From Bacilli bacterium (GTDB taxonomy: Bacteria; Bacillota_I; Bacilli_A; RF39; UBA660): a stretch of 64,000 nucleotides of DNA. The notes under the pieces were generated by a model. That model had not been told where the DNA came from and ran no database searches. It saw nothing but the letters and a program-made list of their open reading frames with translations. Positions 26,655-35,497 of the stretch are shown here, in pieces. The stretch's first letter is position 1. Each line of letters begins with the position of its first letter. A program made the translations under genes and the position numbers. The stretch covers positions 4,877 through 68,876 of the forward strand of contig JBJEXX010000016.1 of NCBI GenBank assembly GCA_051886215.1, read 5' to 3'.

Positions 26655-27224
26655 TAAATAAAGAAACTATAACCATGTGCGTAACCGTTAGTCTCACATG
26701 GTAATCTAATCATATGGGTGAAGTTATTAATTTTCAAAGTAGAGAAATTAATCTTTAATTGTGGAGATTATAATTATTTAGAACAAAACTTAATTAAAGT
26801 ATTAGATAAAAAGAAAATACAATATTACTCATGTGTTAAAGAATTAAATATAGATAAGTGTAAATTATATTTTTTTAATAATAAAGATTATGATAATGAG
26901 AATAATAATTCAAATGTTATTTATTTTGAATTTAATAATTATAAATTTATATTTATGGGATATGCTGGAATAGATAAGGAAAAATATATATTGAATGAAT
27001 ATAATATATTTGATGTTGACGTATTAAAAGTAGGACATCATGGAAGTAAGATAAGTTCTAGCAAAAGTTTTATTGATGGGGTTAATACAAAATGCTCTGT
27101 AATTAGCGTTGGGGAAAATAATCGCTATGGACATCCGAATGATAGTGTATTAGATAATTTAAATAATTCAAAAATATATAGAACTAATATTGATGGTAGT
27201 ATATTGTTTAAAATAATAAATTAA
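26655..27224 (+). pseudogene. Duplicated, decayed 3' fragment of comEC (MBL-domain C-terminus)
   Basis: The DNA aligns with comEC ~24535-25135, for example ...catatggg(a/t)gaag.tattaatt...aaagtagagaaa(g/t)t and ...gataatgagaat(g/a)ataattcaaatgttatttattttgaatttaataattataa(g/a)ttt.tatttatggga. The HGDSDHMGEA motif is destroyed (SHMVI*) and MGDAG has become MGYAG. There is no start codon in context. Confidence 0.6.
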
Positions 27225-27260
27225 AAATAGAAACATGTACACCATAGAAAGGAGTAAAAA

Positions 27261-28157
27261 ATGGAAGAACAATATTATATAAGTATTAAAGAAAAATTAT
27301 TAAAAAGTGAAATATATGCTAAAGCAAGAGATTATGCAAAAGATAGAAATAAAGTTAAAGTTTACTATGAAATTGGAGAATTATTAAATAAAGCAGGTAA
27401 GGATTATGGTAAAAATATAATAAAACAATACTCTGAAAAGTTGATGATTGAAGTTGGTAAAAAATATAATGAAAGAACGTTATATGGAATGAGAAAATTT
27501 TATGAGCTTTTCAATGACGGAAAATTGAACCCAATGGGTTCAAAATTGAGTTGGAGTCACTTTAGAGAACTTCTAACATTAAAAGATACTGATGAAATAA
27601 AATATTATATAAGTATAAGTGAAGAAAATAATTTAACTAAAAGACAATTACACGAAAGAATAAAAAATAAAGAGTATGCTAGATTAAGTGATGTTGCAAA
27701 AGATAAAATATCAAATAATCATAAAGTAGATTTACCAGATATGATACCTAATCCAATTATTATTAAAGTCAATAATACAATAGAAAAATTAACTGAATAT
27801 GCTTTAAAAGAATTAATATTAAATAACTTAGATGAATTTTTAATTCAATTAGGTAATGGCTTTACGTATATTGGAAATGAGTTTAAAATCAAGTTAGGTG
27901 ATAGATATAACTTTATAGACTTATTCTTATACAACATTAAATATAAATGTTATGTAGTAATAGAATTAAAAGTAACTGAATTGAATTCTAATCATACAGG
28001 ACAGATTCAAAAATATATGAATTATGTAGATAGAAATATAAAGGCCATAGATGAAAATGATACAGTTGGTATTATAATTTGTAAGAAGAATAATCAGTAT
28101 GTAATAGATTACTGCAGTGATAAAAGAATTCTTTCAAGAGAATATGAATTAGTATGA
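27261..28157 (+). CDS. DUF1016 / YhcG-family PDDEXK nuclease (paralog B)
   Basis: Same architecture as 25150..26040 (LSWSHF block; IDLFLYN...VVIELKVTE). The two proteins are roughly 55% identical by eye. RBS GGAG upstream. Confidence 0.7.
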   Translation: MEEQYYISIKEKLLKSEIYAKARDYAKDRNKVKVYYEIGELLNKAGKDYGKNIIKQYSEKLMIEVGKKYNERTLYGMRKFYELFNDGKLNPMGSKLSWSHFRELLTLKDTDEIKYYISISEENNLTKRQLHERIKNKEYARLSDVAKDKISNNHKVDLPDMIPNPIIIKVNNTIEKLTEYALKELILNNLDEFLIQLGNGFTYIGNEFKIKLGDRYNFIDLFLYNIKYKCYVVIELKVTELNSNHTGQIQKYMNYVDRNIKAIDENDTVGIIICKKNNQYVIDYCSDKRILSREYELV

Positions 28158-28184
28158 TATAATGTAAAATATAGAGGTGAATTT

Positions 28185-29339
28185 ATGAATAATATATTTT
28201 TTACGATAGAGGGCTATAAATATTTAATTATGTATAACAATAAAAATTTTGAAATATATAAAGAAATACAAAATGAAATTATAAAATTGTCAGAAGAGGA
28301 AAATAATAAAATAAGAAAAATATTAAATCAAAAATACAATTATATTTATGATAGCCAAATACTTAATGAATTGGTCAATTCAAATGACAAAATAGAAAAT
28401 AAAGATTATATTATAAATATATTAAATTGGTTAGAACAAATTATTCCAGAAAATGATAGATCTAATTTTTATAATAATATTAAAAACCTTCAAACTCAGC
28501 TTAATTTAGATTTTTTAACTTCCGAAAAAAACATAGATTTATCTCAAGAATATTCTAAAGTTGGTGGATATAATACAACTGAAAATAAATTAATAATTTC
28601 TGAAGAAGCTTTAAATAATGAATTGAAAATAGCTAATATGACAAATAATCCAGAGGAATTTTTTTGGAGAAGTTATACCCAACCATTGTTACATGAGCTT
28701 TGCCATATGGCTTCCAGTAAATATGATTCAGAAACAAAAATATCGTTATGTGGATTTGATATATTTCCACCTTCTGGAGAAGGAGATAAAAATAGGGGAT
28801 TAACGGAAGGCTTCACAGAACTTATATCAATGGCAGGAGTACCTGGTACAATAGAAATTGCCTCTGGTTATTATATAGAAGCTTGTTTAATAAATCAATT
28901 GATTCAAGTGATAGGAAAAGACGTGTTTCTTAATGCTTATTTTTCTAATCTAGGAACTAAGCCAATAGAAGAAAAGTTACAAGGATTAATAGATGATGAA
29001 GATAAGTCATTTGAATTATTTAGAAATATTGAACTAAATTTTCAAATTAGAGATTTTGCTGAAAAACAGAATGTTTTAGGTAATATCCAAATGTCTATTT
29101 TAGATTATTTAGAACAGAAAATAGATCTATTATTATCAATAAATAATACAAAAGAAATAAATGAATGTTTAACAATATATGAACAAATGTTAATTACACC
29201 AGAAAAATTAAACACAATGAATAAAAATCCTAAAAATTATTGTGGTTTAGAAGAAAGTTTAATTCAATTTGATACAATAAAACAAAAGTGTAGTAATATT
29301 TTAATAGATAAAAGTGATACTATTCAATCAAAAAAATAA
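28185..29339 (+). CDS. Cytoplasmic HExxH...CG protein (putative zinc metallopeptidase of uncharacterised family), paralog 1
   Basis: No signal peptide. Motif PLLHELCHMASSKYDSETKISLCGFD. It shares the pattern HExxH-xx-S-x-Y-(D/N)-x-E-...-L-CG with the protein at 62516..63427. Confidence 0.4.
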   Translation: MNNIFFTIEGYKYLIMYNNKNFEIYKEIQNEIIKLSEEENNKIRKILNQKYNYIYDSQILNELVNSNDKIENKDYIINILNWLEQIIPENDRSNFYNNIKNLQTQLNLDFLTSEKNIDLSQEYSKVGGYNTTENKLIISEEALNNELKIANMTNNPEEFFWRSYTQPLLHELCHMASSKYDSETKISLCGFDIFPPSGEGDKNRGLTEGFTELISMAGVPGTIEIASGYYIEACLINQLIQVIGKDVFLNAYFSNLGTKPIEEKLQGLIDDEDKSFELFRNIELNFQIRDFAEKQNVLGNIQMSILDYLEQKIDLLLSINNTKEINECLTIYEQMLITPEKLNTMNKNPKNYCGLEESLIQFDTIKQKCSNILIDKSDTIQSKK

Positions 29340-29349
29340 ATAATAAAAA

Positions 29350-29378
29350 ACAAATTATAATTTATAATTTGTTTTTTT
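29350..29378 (+). terminator. Rho-independent terminator
   Basis: acaaattataa/ttataatttgt inverted repeat followed by T6. A second hairpin (agcttcc...ggaagct plus a T-run) lies at 29440-29470. Confidence 0.5.
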
Positions 29379-29446
29379 AATACATATTTTTTAATATAAT
29401 GCATAATATATAATGTCACGAAAGTGTTCATATAGATTTAGCTTCC

Positions 29447-30028
29447 TTAATGGGAAGCTTTTATTTTTTTATTTATTTTATTTTTTATTTTAATATTATA
29501 TGAATTTATTAATTCAAGAATTTTATTGTCACATTCAAATTCATAAATTATTTTATTATCAAAAATTTTATTAATTATTTTTATATTTTTTAAGATATAA
29601 TCTATTTCTTTTTGAAGAGAATAATCGAATTCTATATCTACTTTAAAACCATCTATTTCTTCACAAATATTGTTATTAATTACTTCTTTAGCGGTATCTA
29701 CATATGCATGAATTAAGCCAGAAGCACCAAGTTTTATTCCACCAAAGTATCTGATAACTAATACTAAAACATTATTTAGGTTTTTCTTTTTTAATAATTC
29801 TAAAATTGGCATGCCTGCGGTACCGCTAGGTTCTCCATCATCACTCATTTTTTCATAAGCATCAGTAATATAAGCAAAACAACAATGAGTAGCGTCTTTA
29901 TATTTATCTCTATATTCTAGAATAAATTTATCTGCAGATTCTTTAGAATCTATTTCTAAAGATATTCCAATAAATTTGCTTTTTTTAATAATTAATTCTT
30001 TTTCTTTATTTTCAATGATTGTATTCAT
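29447..30028 (-). CDS. yigZ: YigZ / IMPACT-family protein (UPF0029)
   Basis: N-terminus ...ELIIKKSKFIGISLEIDSKESADKFILEYRDKYKDATHCCFAYI...GEPSGTAGMPIL... matches the IMPACT/YigZ fold. 193 aa. Confidence 0.7.
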   Translation of the reverse strand: MNTIIENKEKELIIKKSKFIGISLEIDSKESADKFILEYRDKYKDATHCCFAYITDAYEKMSDDGEPSGTAGMPILELLKKKNLNNVLVLVIRYFGGIKLGASGLIHAYVDTAKEVINNNICEEIDGFKVDIEFDYSLQKEIDYILKNIKIINKIFDNKIIYEFECDNKILELINSYNIKIKNKINKKIKASH

Positions 30029-30107
30029 AAATATCTCCTATATGTATATACTAACAATACTTTTTTCTTTTTTCAATATATGATTTTTTATATATTCATT
30101 TTTTTAT

Positions 30108-30140
30108 AAAAATAAAACACCCAATTCATAAATAATTGGG
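30108..30140 (-). terminator. Rho-independent terminator downstream of sspI (minus strand)
   Basis: cccaatt/aattggg stem. On the minus strand it is followed by a T-run (A-run on the plus strand at 30108-30117). Confidence 0.5.
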
Positions 30141-30161
30141 ATGAATATTATTTAAATATTA

Positions 30162-30431
30162 TTATTTTTCTTTTTCCAATCTTGCTTTTATTATATTTAA
30201 TATTTCTTGTTTCATATTATCTGTGGCATCAGACCAAACTATTTCAAAAAAAACTCCCATACCAGGAAGAGTTACTTCATCTTTTTCCGCTATGCTTTCT
30301 TCGATTGCATTTTTTAGGGTATTTATATCATCTTCTTTAAAGTTGTTAATAATATGTTCTCTTATACTTAGGTCCATAATATTTAAGCTCCTTTCATATA
30401 TATTATGTAAAGTTTTAATTTTTTTATACAA
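30162..30431 (-). CDS. sspI: Small acid-soluble spore protein SspI-like
   Basis: 89 aa. DLSIREHIINNFKEDDINTLKNAIEESIAEKDEVTLPGMGVFFEIVWSDATDNMKQEILNIIKARL parallels Bacillus SspI (…[25 protein letters not shown]…). Confidence 0.55.
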   Translation of the reverse strand: MYKKIKTLHNIYERSLNIMDLSIREHIINNFKEDDINTLKNAIEESIAEKDEVTLPGMGVFFEIVWSDATDNMKQEILNIIKARLEKEK

Positions 30432-30484
30432 AATATAGTTTTTTTTAAAATTTTAATATATAATCTAATTATAGGAGGATATTT

Positions 30485-31045
30485 ATGAATATAGCATTAA
30501 TAATTATTATAGTAGTTGTTGTATTATTAGTTCTATGGTTTTTTGGAACTTATAATAGTTTAATTTCTTTAAGAAATAGAAAGGATGATCAATGGAGTCA
30601 AATTGATGTTCAATTAAAAAGAAGAGCAGATTTAATTCCTAATTTAGTAGAAACTGTTAAAGGATACGCTAAACATGAAAAAAAGACTTTAGAAGATGTT
30701 GTAAAAGCAAGAAATACTTATGTTACTGCAAATACTCCAGAAGAAAAAATGAAATCTAGTGGAGAACTTACACAAATGGTTAATAAATTATTTGCTTTAG
30801 CGGAATCTTATCCAGATTTAAAAGCTAATCAAAACTTTTTATCTTTACAAGAAGATTTAAAAGATACTGAAAATAAAATTAGTGTAGCTAGACAATTTTA
30901 TAATGATACAGTACTAACTTATAATAATAAAGTTGAAATGGTACCTAGTAATATAGTTGCGGGTATTTGTGGATTCAAAAAAGGAATTTTCTTTGAAGCT
31001 ACAGAAGAAGAAAGAAAAAGTGTAAAAGTTTCTTTTGATGAATAA
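30485..31045 (+). CDS. lemA: LemA-family membrane protein
   Basis: N-terminal TM segment plus the conserved LemA core (YNSLISLRNRKDDQWSQIDVQLKRRADLIPNLVETVKGYAKHEKKTLEDVVKAR...). RBS GGAGG upstream. Confidence 0.75.
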   Translation: MNIALIIIIVVVVLLVLWFFGTYNSLISLRNRKDDQWSQIDVQLKRRADLIPNLVETVKGYAKHEKKTLEDVVKARNTYVTANTPEEKMKSSGELTQMVNKLFALAESYPDLKANQNFLSLQEDLKDTENKISVARQFYNDTVLTYNNKVEMVPSNIVAGICGFKKGIFFEATEEERKSVKVSFDE

Positions 31046-31046
31046 T

Positions 31047-31071
31047 GAGCTTGCTTAGGCAAGCTTTTTTA
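31047..31071 (+). terminator. Rho-independent terminator after lemA
   Basis: agcttgc-ttag-gcaagct hairpin, then T6. Confidence 0.6.
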
Positions 31072-31083
31072 GGAGAGTGAGTT

Positions 31084-32991
31084 ATGAAAAAATTTATATT
31101 ATTATTATTTTCTGTTTTTTTACTTATACCTATATCTGTAAATGCAATTGAAACTACTAAACAATTTATTATAAATATAGATATATTAGAAGATGGGTCT
31201 ATCAAAGTACAAGAATTAGCTAAATTAGATGGAGAATATAATGGTAGATTTAGAACTTTAGAGTATAAAGAGAATTTTTACAGTACTACTTTTAGTAATA
31301 CAAAATCTAGTTTTGAAGAAAATATGTTATATAATGGAACTGCAATAGAAGATATAAAAGTAGGGGCAATAGATTATAATGGGAAATTAAGTTTTTCTGA
31401 TTTTGATAAAAAAGTAGATTATTTTAATGAAGATTATAATGCAGAAGCTGGAGATTATGGTAAATATCTTTTAGAAGATTATTATAATGGAATAAAAATC
31501 AAAACTTTTTGTCCATCTAATTATAAAAAAGCATTTTATTTAGAATATGTGGTTAAAAATGTTGTTGTTTCTCATAATGATGTTTCAGAAATTTTTTGGA
31601 ATATTTTGGGTGATGAATACGAAGAAAATATAAAAGATTTTGAAGTTAAAGTTAATTTGCCTAAAGAAGATAAAAATGTAAGAATGTGGTTAAAAGCTAC
31701 TAAAGAATCATTAAATGGTGAAATAAAAAATATCGATAATAAAACTGCATATATTTATTATGATTTTCTAGGTGCTTATAATCCATCTACAATTAGAATG
31801 ATGTTTAGTAATGATTTAGTTCCATATAATACAAAGAAAAGTGGTATAGATGGAAAAGAATATATTTTAGAAGTAGAGAGGGAAGCTGCAGAAGAGGCTA
31901 ATGCTTATCGTAAAAAAATAAAAATGCAAAATGGGGTTATTATAGGTTTATCTATATTATGGTTTATTGTTTTTATAATAACAATAATTATATATTATTT
32001 TAAGTATGATAAAGAATATACTCCAGAGTTTAATAATGAATATATGAGAGAGTTCCCTAATGTATATGGTCCTGAATATGTGGAATATGTAATGGAGCAT
32101 AAAGTTTCTGAGGATGGTTTTTCAGCTTCAATTTTAAATATAATTTATAAGAAGGCTTTACAAGTAAAAGAATTACCGGATTCTAAAAAAGATTATTTAC
32201 TTGTAGGCGATGAAACAAAATTAAATGATTTAACAGAAGCAGAGTTAAAAATATATGATATGTTGATAAACACAATTGGTAATGGTAAAAGTGTAACTTG
32301 TAAAGAAATTAGAAAATATGGTAATACAGAAAGTAAAGCAAGAAAACTTTTAAGTTCTTATAGTAAGTGGAAATCAAATGTTTTAATGAATGCTAGAAAA
32401 TTGGAAATATATTATGATGGTGCTAAATATAAATTTTTTCCAATATTAATATGTTTATTAAGTATAGCAATTACATTTTTAAATATTAATTTTGAAACTG
32501 GTTTTGTATTAGGAAATATGGCTGTTGGTCTTGGAATAGTTGGTTGTATTTATGTTTCAGCAGCTACTAAAAAAACTAAAAAAGGTATAGAAGAATACGC
32601 TAAATGGAAAGCTTTTAAAAAATTCTTAAAAGATTTTGGAAGATTTAATGAAAAAGAGTTACCTGAAATAGCTCTTTGGGAAAAATATTTAGTATACGCA
32701 ACTGTCTTAGGTTGTGCTAAAGAAGTAGAAAAAGCAATGAAAGTTAAATTAGATAATATGAATATTAATGACTATGATAATACATCTGATGTATTTATAA
32801 ATTATTACTATATGAATAGATTAATAGATATTAATATTGCAAGTAGTGTATCAAGTGCAATGCATCAAGCTGTATCTTCATCACGTTCTTCAATTGCTCA
32901 AAGTAATGCTTCATCATCTGGAGGCTTTGGTGGGGGAGGTTCCTTTGGTGGAGGCTCTGGTGGTGGAGGCGGCGGAGGCGGTCGCTTCTAA
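31084..32991 (+). CDS. DUF2207-family membrane protein with Gly-rich C-terminal tail
   Basis: Signal peptide, large extracytoplasmic domain, several C-terminal TM segments, and a terminal SSGGFGGGGSFGGGSGGGGGGGGRF. The LemA + DUF2207 pairing is a common gene neighbourhood. Confidence 0.65.
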   Translation: MKKFILLLFSVFLLIPISVNAIETTKQFIINIDILEDGSIKVQELAKLDGEYNGRFRTLEYKENFYSTTFSNTKSSFEENMLYNGTAIEDIKVGAIDYNGKLSFSDFDKKVDYFNEDYNAEAGDYGKYLLEDYYNGIKIKTFCPSNYKKAFYLEYVVKNVVVSHNDVSEIFWNILGDEYEENIKDFEVKVNLPKEDKNVRMWLKATKESLNGEIKNIDNKTAYIYYDFLGAYNPSTIRMMFSNDLVPYNTKKSGIDGKEYILEVEREAAEEANAYRKKIKMQNGVIIGLSILWFIVFIITIIIYYFKYDKEYTPEFNNEYMREFPNVYGPEYVEYVMEHKVSEDGFSASILNIIYKKALQVKELPDSKKDYLLVGDETKLNDLTEAELKIYDMLINTIGNGKSVTCKEIRKYGNTESKARKLLSSYSKWKSNVLMNARKLEIYYDGAKYKFFPILICLLSIAITFLNINFETGFVLGNMAVGLGIVGCIYVSAATKKTKKGIEEYAKWKAFKKFLKDFGRFNEKELPEIALWEKYLVYATVLGCAKEVEKAMKVKLDNMNINDYDNTSDVFINYYYMNRLIDINIASSVSSAMHQAVSSSRSSIAQSNASSSGGFGGGGSFGGGSGGGGGGGGRF

Positions 32992-33052
32992 TAAAACTGT
33001 ATTTTAAAATGCATAATAGAGATATTATGTGTTTTAATTTTTTATAGGCTAT

Positions 33053-33081
33053 TATTTGTAAAAATAAAGATTATATTGTAT
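33053..33081 (+). promoter_or_regulatory. Promoter for the glycopolymer locus
   Basis: TTGTAA, 17-nt spacer, TATAAT, 27 nt upstream of the first glycosyltransferase gene. Confidence 0.4.
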
Positions 33082-33107
33082 AATTTTTATAGAAAATAGG
33101 TGATTTA

Positions 33108-33941
33108 ATGAAAACGGCTCTAATAGTTTTAAATTATAATGACTATGACACAACTCATAACTTTATAACTGACATTAAAAAATATAAAATATTAGATTTA
33201 ATAGTAATTGTAGATAATTGTTCTACTGATGATTCTTACAAAAAATTAAAGAAAATAGAAGTGGATAATATTCATGTTGTAAAATCGGATAAAAATGGTG
33301 GTTACGGATATGGTAATAATATAGGTATTAAATATGCTATAAAAAATCTAGGAAAATGTAATATTATTATTTCTAATCCTGATATAGAAGTAAAAGAAAA
33401 AACAATAGAAAAGTTATTAATAACTTTAAATAGTAATGATGATTATGCTATTGTTGGCCCTATTATTAATACTTATGGAAAATTAGATAAAGGTTGGAAA
33501 TTAACTAATGGATTTCAAGAATTATTATTGAGTATTCCTAAATATGGAACAAAAAACAGGAATAGGATTATTGGCTATAAGGATAGTTATTATAAAAAAA
33601 ACATAAATGAAGTTGATGTGGTTTCTGGATGCTTTTTTCTAGTAAAGTCAGAATGTCTTAAGAAAATAAATTATTTTGATGAAAATATATTTTTATATTA
33701 TGAAGAAAATATTATTTCTAGAAAATTACATAATTTGGGATATAAAATAGTTATTGATATGAGTTGTGAAATTATTCACAATCATTCAATATCTATAGAT
33801 AAATCTCATTCTGCATTATCGAAATATAAAATTTTGAAAGAAAGTCAAATGTATTATCTGAATAATTACACTAATACATCTAAATTTACTAAAATGTTGA
33901 TTAATTTTATATGTAAAATAATGACAAGTCATTATAGATAA
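33108..33941 (+). CDS. Family-2 glycosyltransferase
   Basis: LIVLNYNDYDTT...VIVDNCSTDDS... with a DxD-type fold. 277 aa. Confidence 0.7.
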   Translation: MKTALIVLNYNDYDTTHNFITDIKKYKILDLIVIVDNCSTDDSYKKLKKIEVDNIHVVKSDKNGGYGYGNNIGIKYAIKNLGKCNIIISNPDIEVKEKTIEKLLITLNSNDDYAIVGPIINTYGKLDKGWKLTNGFQELLLSIPKYGTKNRNRIIGYKDSYYKKNINEVDVVSGCFFLVKSECLKKINYFDENIFLYYEENIISRKLHNLGYKIVIDMSCEIIHNHSISIDKSHSALSKYKILKESQMYYLNNYTNTSKFTKMLINFICKIMTSHYR

Positions 33942-33991
33942 AAATGATTAGAACTATAATTATGATATAATAACAAATACGGAGGAATTAT

Positions 33992-34717
33992 ATGTACGCA
34001 ATAAAAGTTGAAAATATGACTAAACAATTTAAAATACATAGTGATAAACCAATGACTTTAAAAGAAAGATTAGTATCATTAAGAAATAATAAAGTTGTAA
34101 AAAGAACGGTTTTAGAAAATATAAATCTTGAAATAAAAAAAGGTGAAACTGTTGCTTTAATAGGGACTAATGGTTCCGGGAAAAGTACTTTATTAAAATT
34201 AATGACTAAAATAATTTATCCAAATAAAGGTAAAATTACAACAAAAGGAAAACTAACTTCTTTATTGGAATTAGGAGCTGGATTTCATCCTGATTTTACA
34301 GGACGTGAAAATATTTTCTTTAATGCATCAATATTTGGTTTGACTGCTAAAGAAATTGATGTGAGAGTTCCTGAAATAATTAAATTTTCAGAATTAGAAA
34401 ATTTCATTGATACTCCAGTTAGGACATATTCATCTGGTATGTATATGCGTCTTGCATTTAGTGTTGCAATAAATGTTGATGCTGAGATTTTGTTAATAGA
34501 TGAAATTCTTGCTGTTGGTGATCAACATTTTCAAGAGAAATGTTTTAATAAGTTACATGAATTAAAGGAAAGTGGAAAAACAATTGTAATTGTAAGCCAT
34601 AGTTTAGAAGCGGTTAAAGATTTATGTGATAGAGCTATTTGGATCTATGAAGGAAAAGTAAGAATGGATGGCAAAACAGATGAAGTAATAGAAGAATATT
34701 TAAAGGTATGTCAGTAG
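33992..34717 (+). CDS. ABC transporter ATP-binding protein, polysaccharide/teichoic-acid export type (TagH/Wzt-like, no C-terminal substrate-binding domain)
   Basis: Walker A GTNGSGKST, ABC signature YSSGMYMRL, Walker B ILLIDE. 241 aa. Confidence 0.8.
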   Translation: MYAIKVENMTKQFKIHSDKPMTLKERLVSLRNNKVVKRTVLENINLEIKKGETVALIGTNGSGKSTLLKLMTKIIYPNKGKITTKGKLTSLLELGAGFHPDFTGRENIFFNASIFGLTAKEIDVRVPEIIKFSELENFIDTPVRTYSSGMYMRLAFSVAINVDAEILLIDEILAVGDQHFQEKCFNKLHELKESGKTIVIVSHSLEAVKDLCDRAIWIYEGKVRMDGKTDEVIEEYLKVCQ

Positions 34718-34725
34718 GTGATTAA

Positions 34726-35496
34726 ATGTTGTTAAAAAATTTGTATGAATATAGAGAGTTATTGAAAAGTAATGTAAAAAAAGAAATTAGAGGTAAATAT
34801 AAAGGGTCAGTTCTTGGTGTATTATGGTCATTTATCAATCCGTTATTACAGGTTTTAGTATATGCAATTGTATTTCCTTATATAATGAGAATTCAAACAG
34901 ATAATTATTTAATTTTTCTTATTATTGGTATTATACCATGGACTTTTTTTACAACAGTTATTAATCAAGGAATGATTACTGTTAGAATAAATAGTGGAAT
35001 AATAAAAAAAGTATATTTTCCAAGAGAAATATTACCTATTTCTGTTGCTACCAGTGGTTTGGTTAATTTCCTTATAAGTTGTATTATTATTTTATTGTTT
35101 TGTATATTTGGTGGAGTTGGTATATCTTGGCATTTAATATTTTTGCCATTAATTATGCTTATTGAATATATATTTAGTTTAGGTTTGGTGTTAGGATTAA
35201 GTGCAATAAATATATATATAAAAGATACTGAATATATAGTTCAATTTATATTAAATATGTTATTTTATGCAACACCTATTTTATATCAATCAAGTCTTTT
35301 CCCTTCAAAGATTAGATGGGTATTGGAAATTAACCCTTTAACTCAAATGGTTGAAGCTTATAGAGATATATTTTTATATCATCAAATTCCTGGGTTTGGA
35401 AACATTGTTTATATATTAATTATATCATTAGTAGTATTCTTTATAGGTTTATGTATTTTTAGAAAACTTGAAAAAGGGTTTGCGGAAGAGGTATAA
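34726..35496 (+). CDS. ABC-2 type permease (TagG/Wzm-like)
   Basis: Six predicted TM segments. Immediately follows the ATPase. Confidence 0.7.
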   Translation: MLLKNLYEYRELLKSNVKKEIRGKYKGSVLGVLWSFINPLLQVLVYAIVFPYIMRIQTDNYLIFLIIGIIPWTFFTTVINQGMITVRINSGIIKKVYFPREILPISVATSGLVNFLISCIIILLFCIFGGVGISWHLIFLPLIMLIEYIFSLGLVLGLSAINIYIKDTEYIVQFILNMLFYATPILYQSSLFPSKIRWVLEINPLTQMVEAYRDIFLYHQIPGFGNIVYILIISLVVFFIGLCIFRKLEKGFAEEV

Positions 35497-35497
35497 C

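Noticed and set aside
28185-29339. ImmA/IrrE-type anti-repressor metalloprotease
   Set aside because: The HExxH context (HELCHMASS) is not HExxHxxxH, and no adjacent Xre-family HTH gene is present, so it is left as an uncharacterised family.
29440-29470. Second hairpin (agcttcc-ttaatg-ggaagct + T-run) as a terminator for the minus-strand yigZ gene
   Set aside because: On the minus strand the hairpin is not followed by a U-run. It works only as a + strand terminator (tandem with 29350..29378) and overlaps the yigZ stop codon, so it is not called separately.
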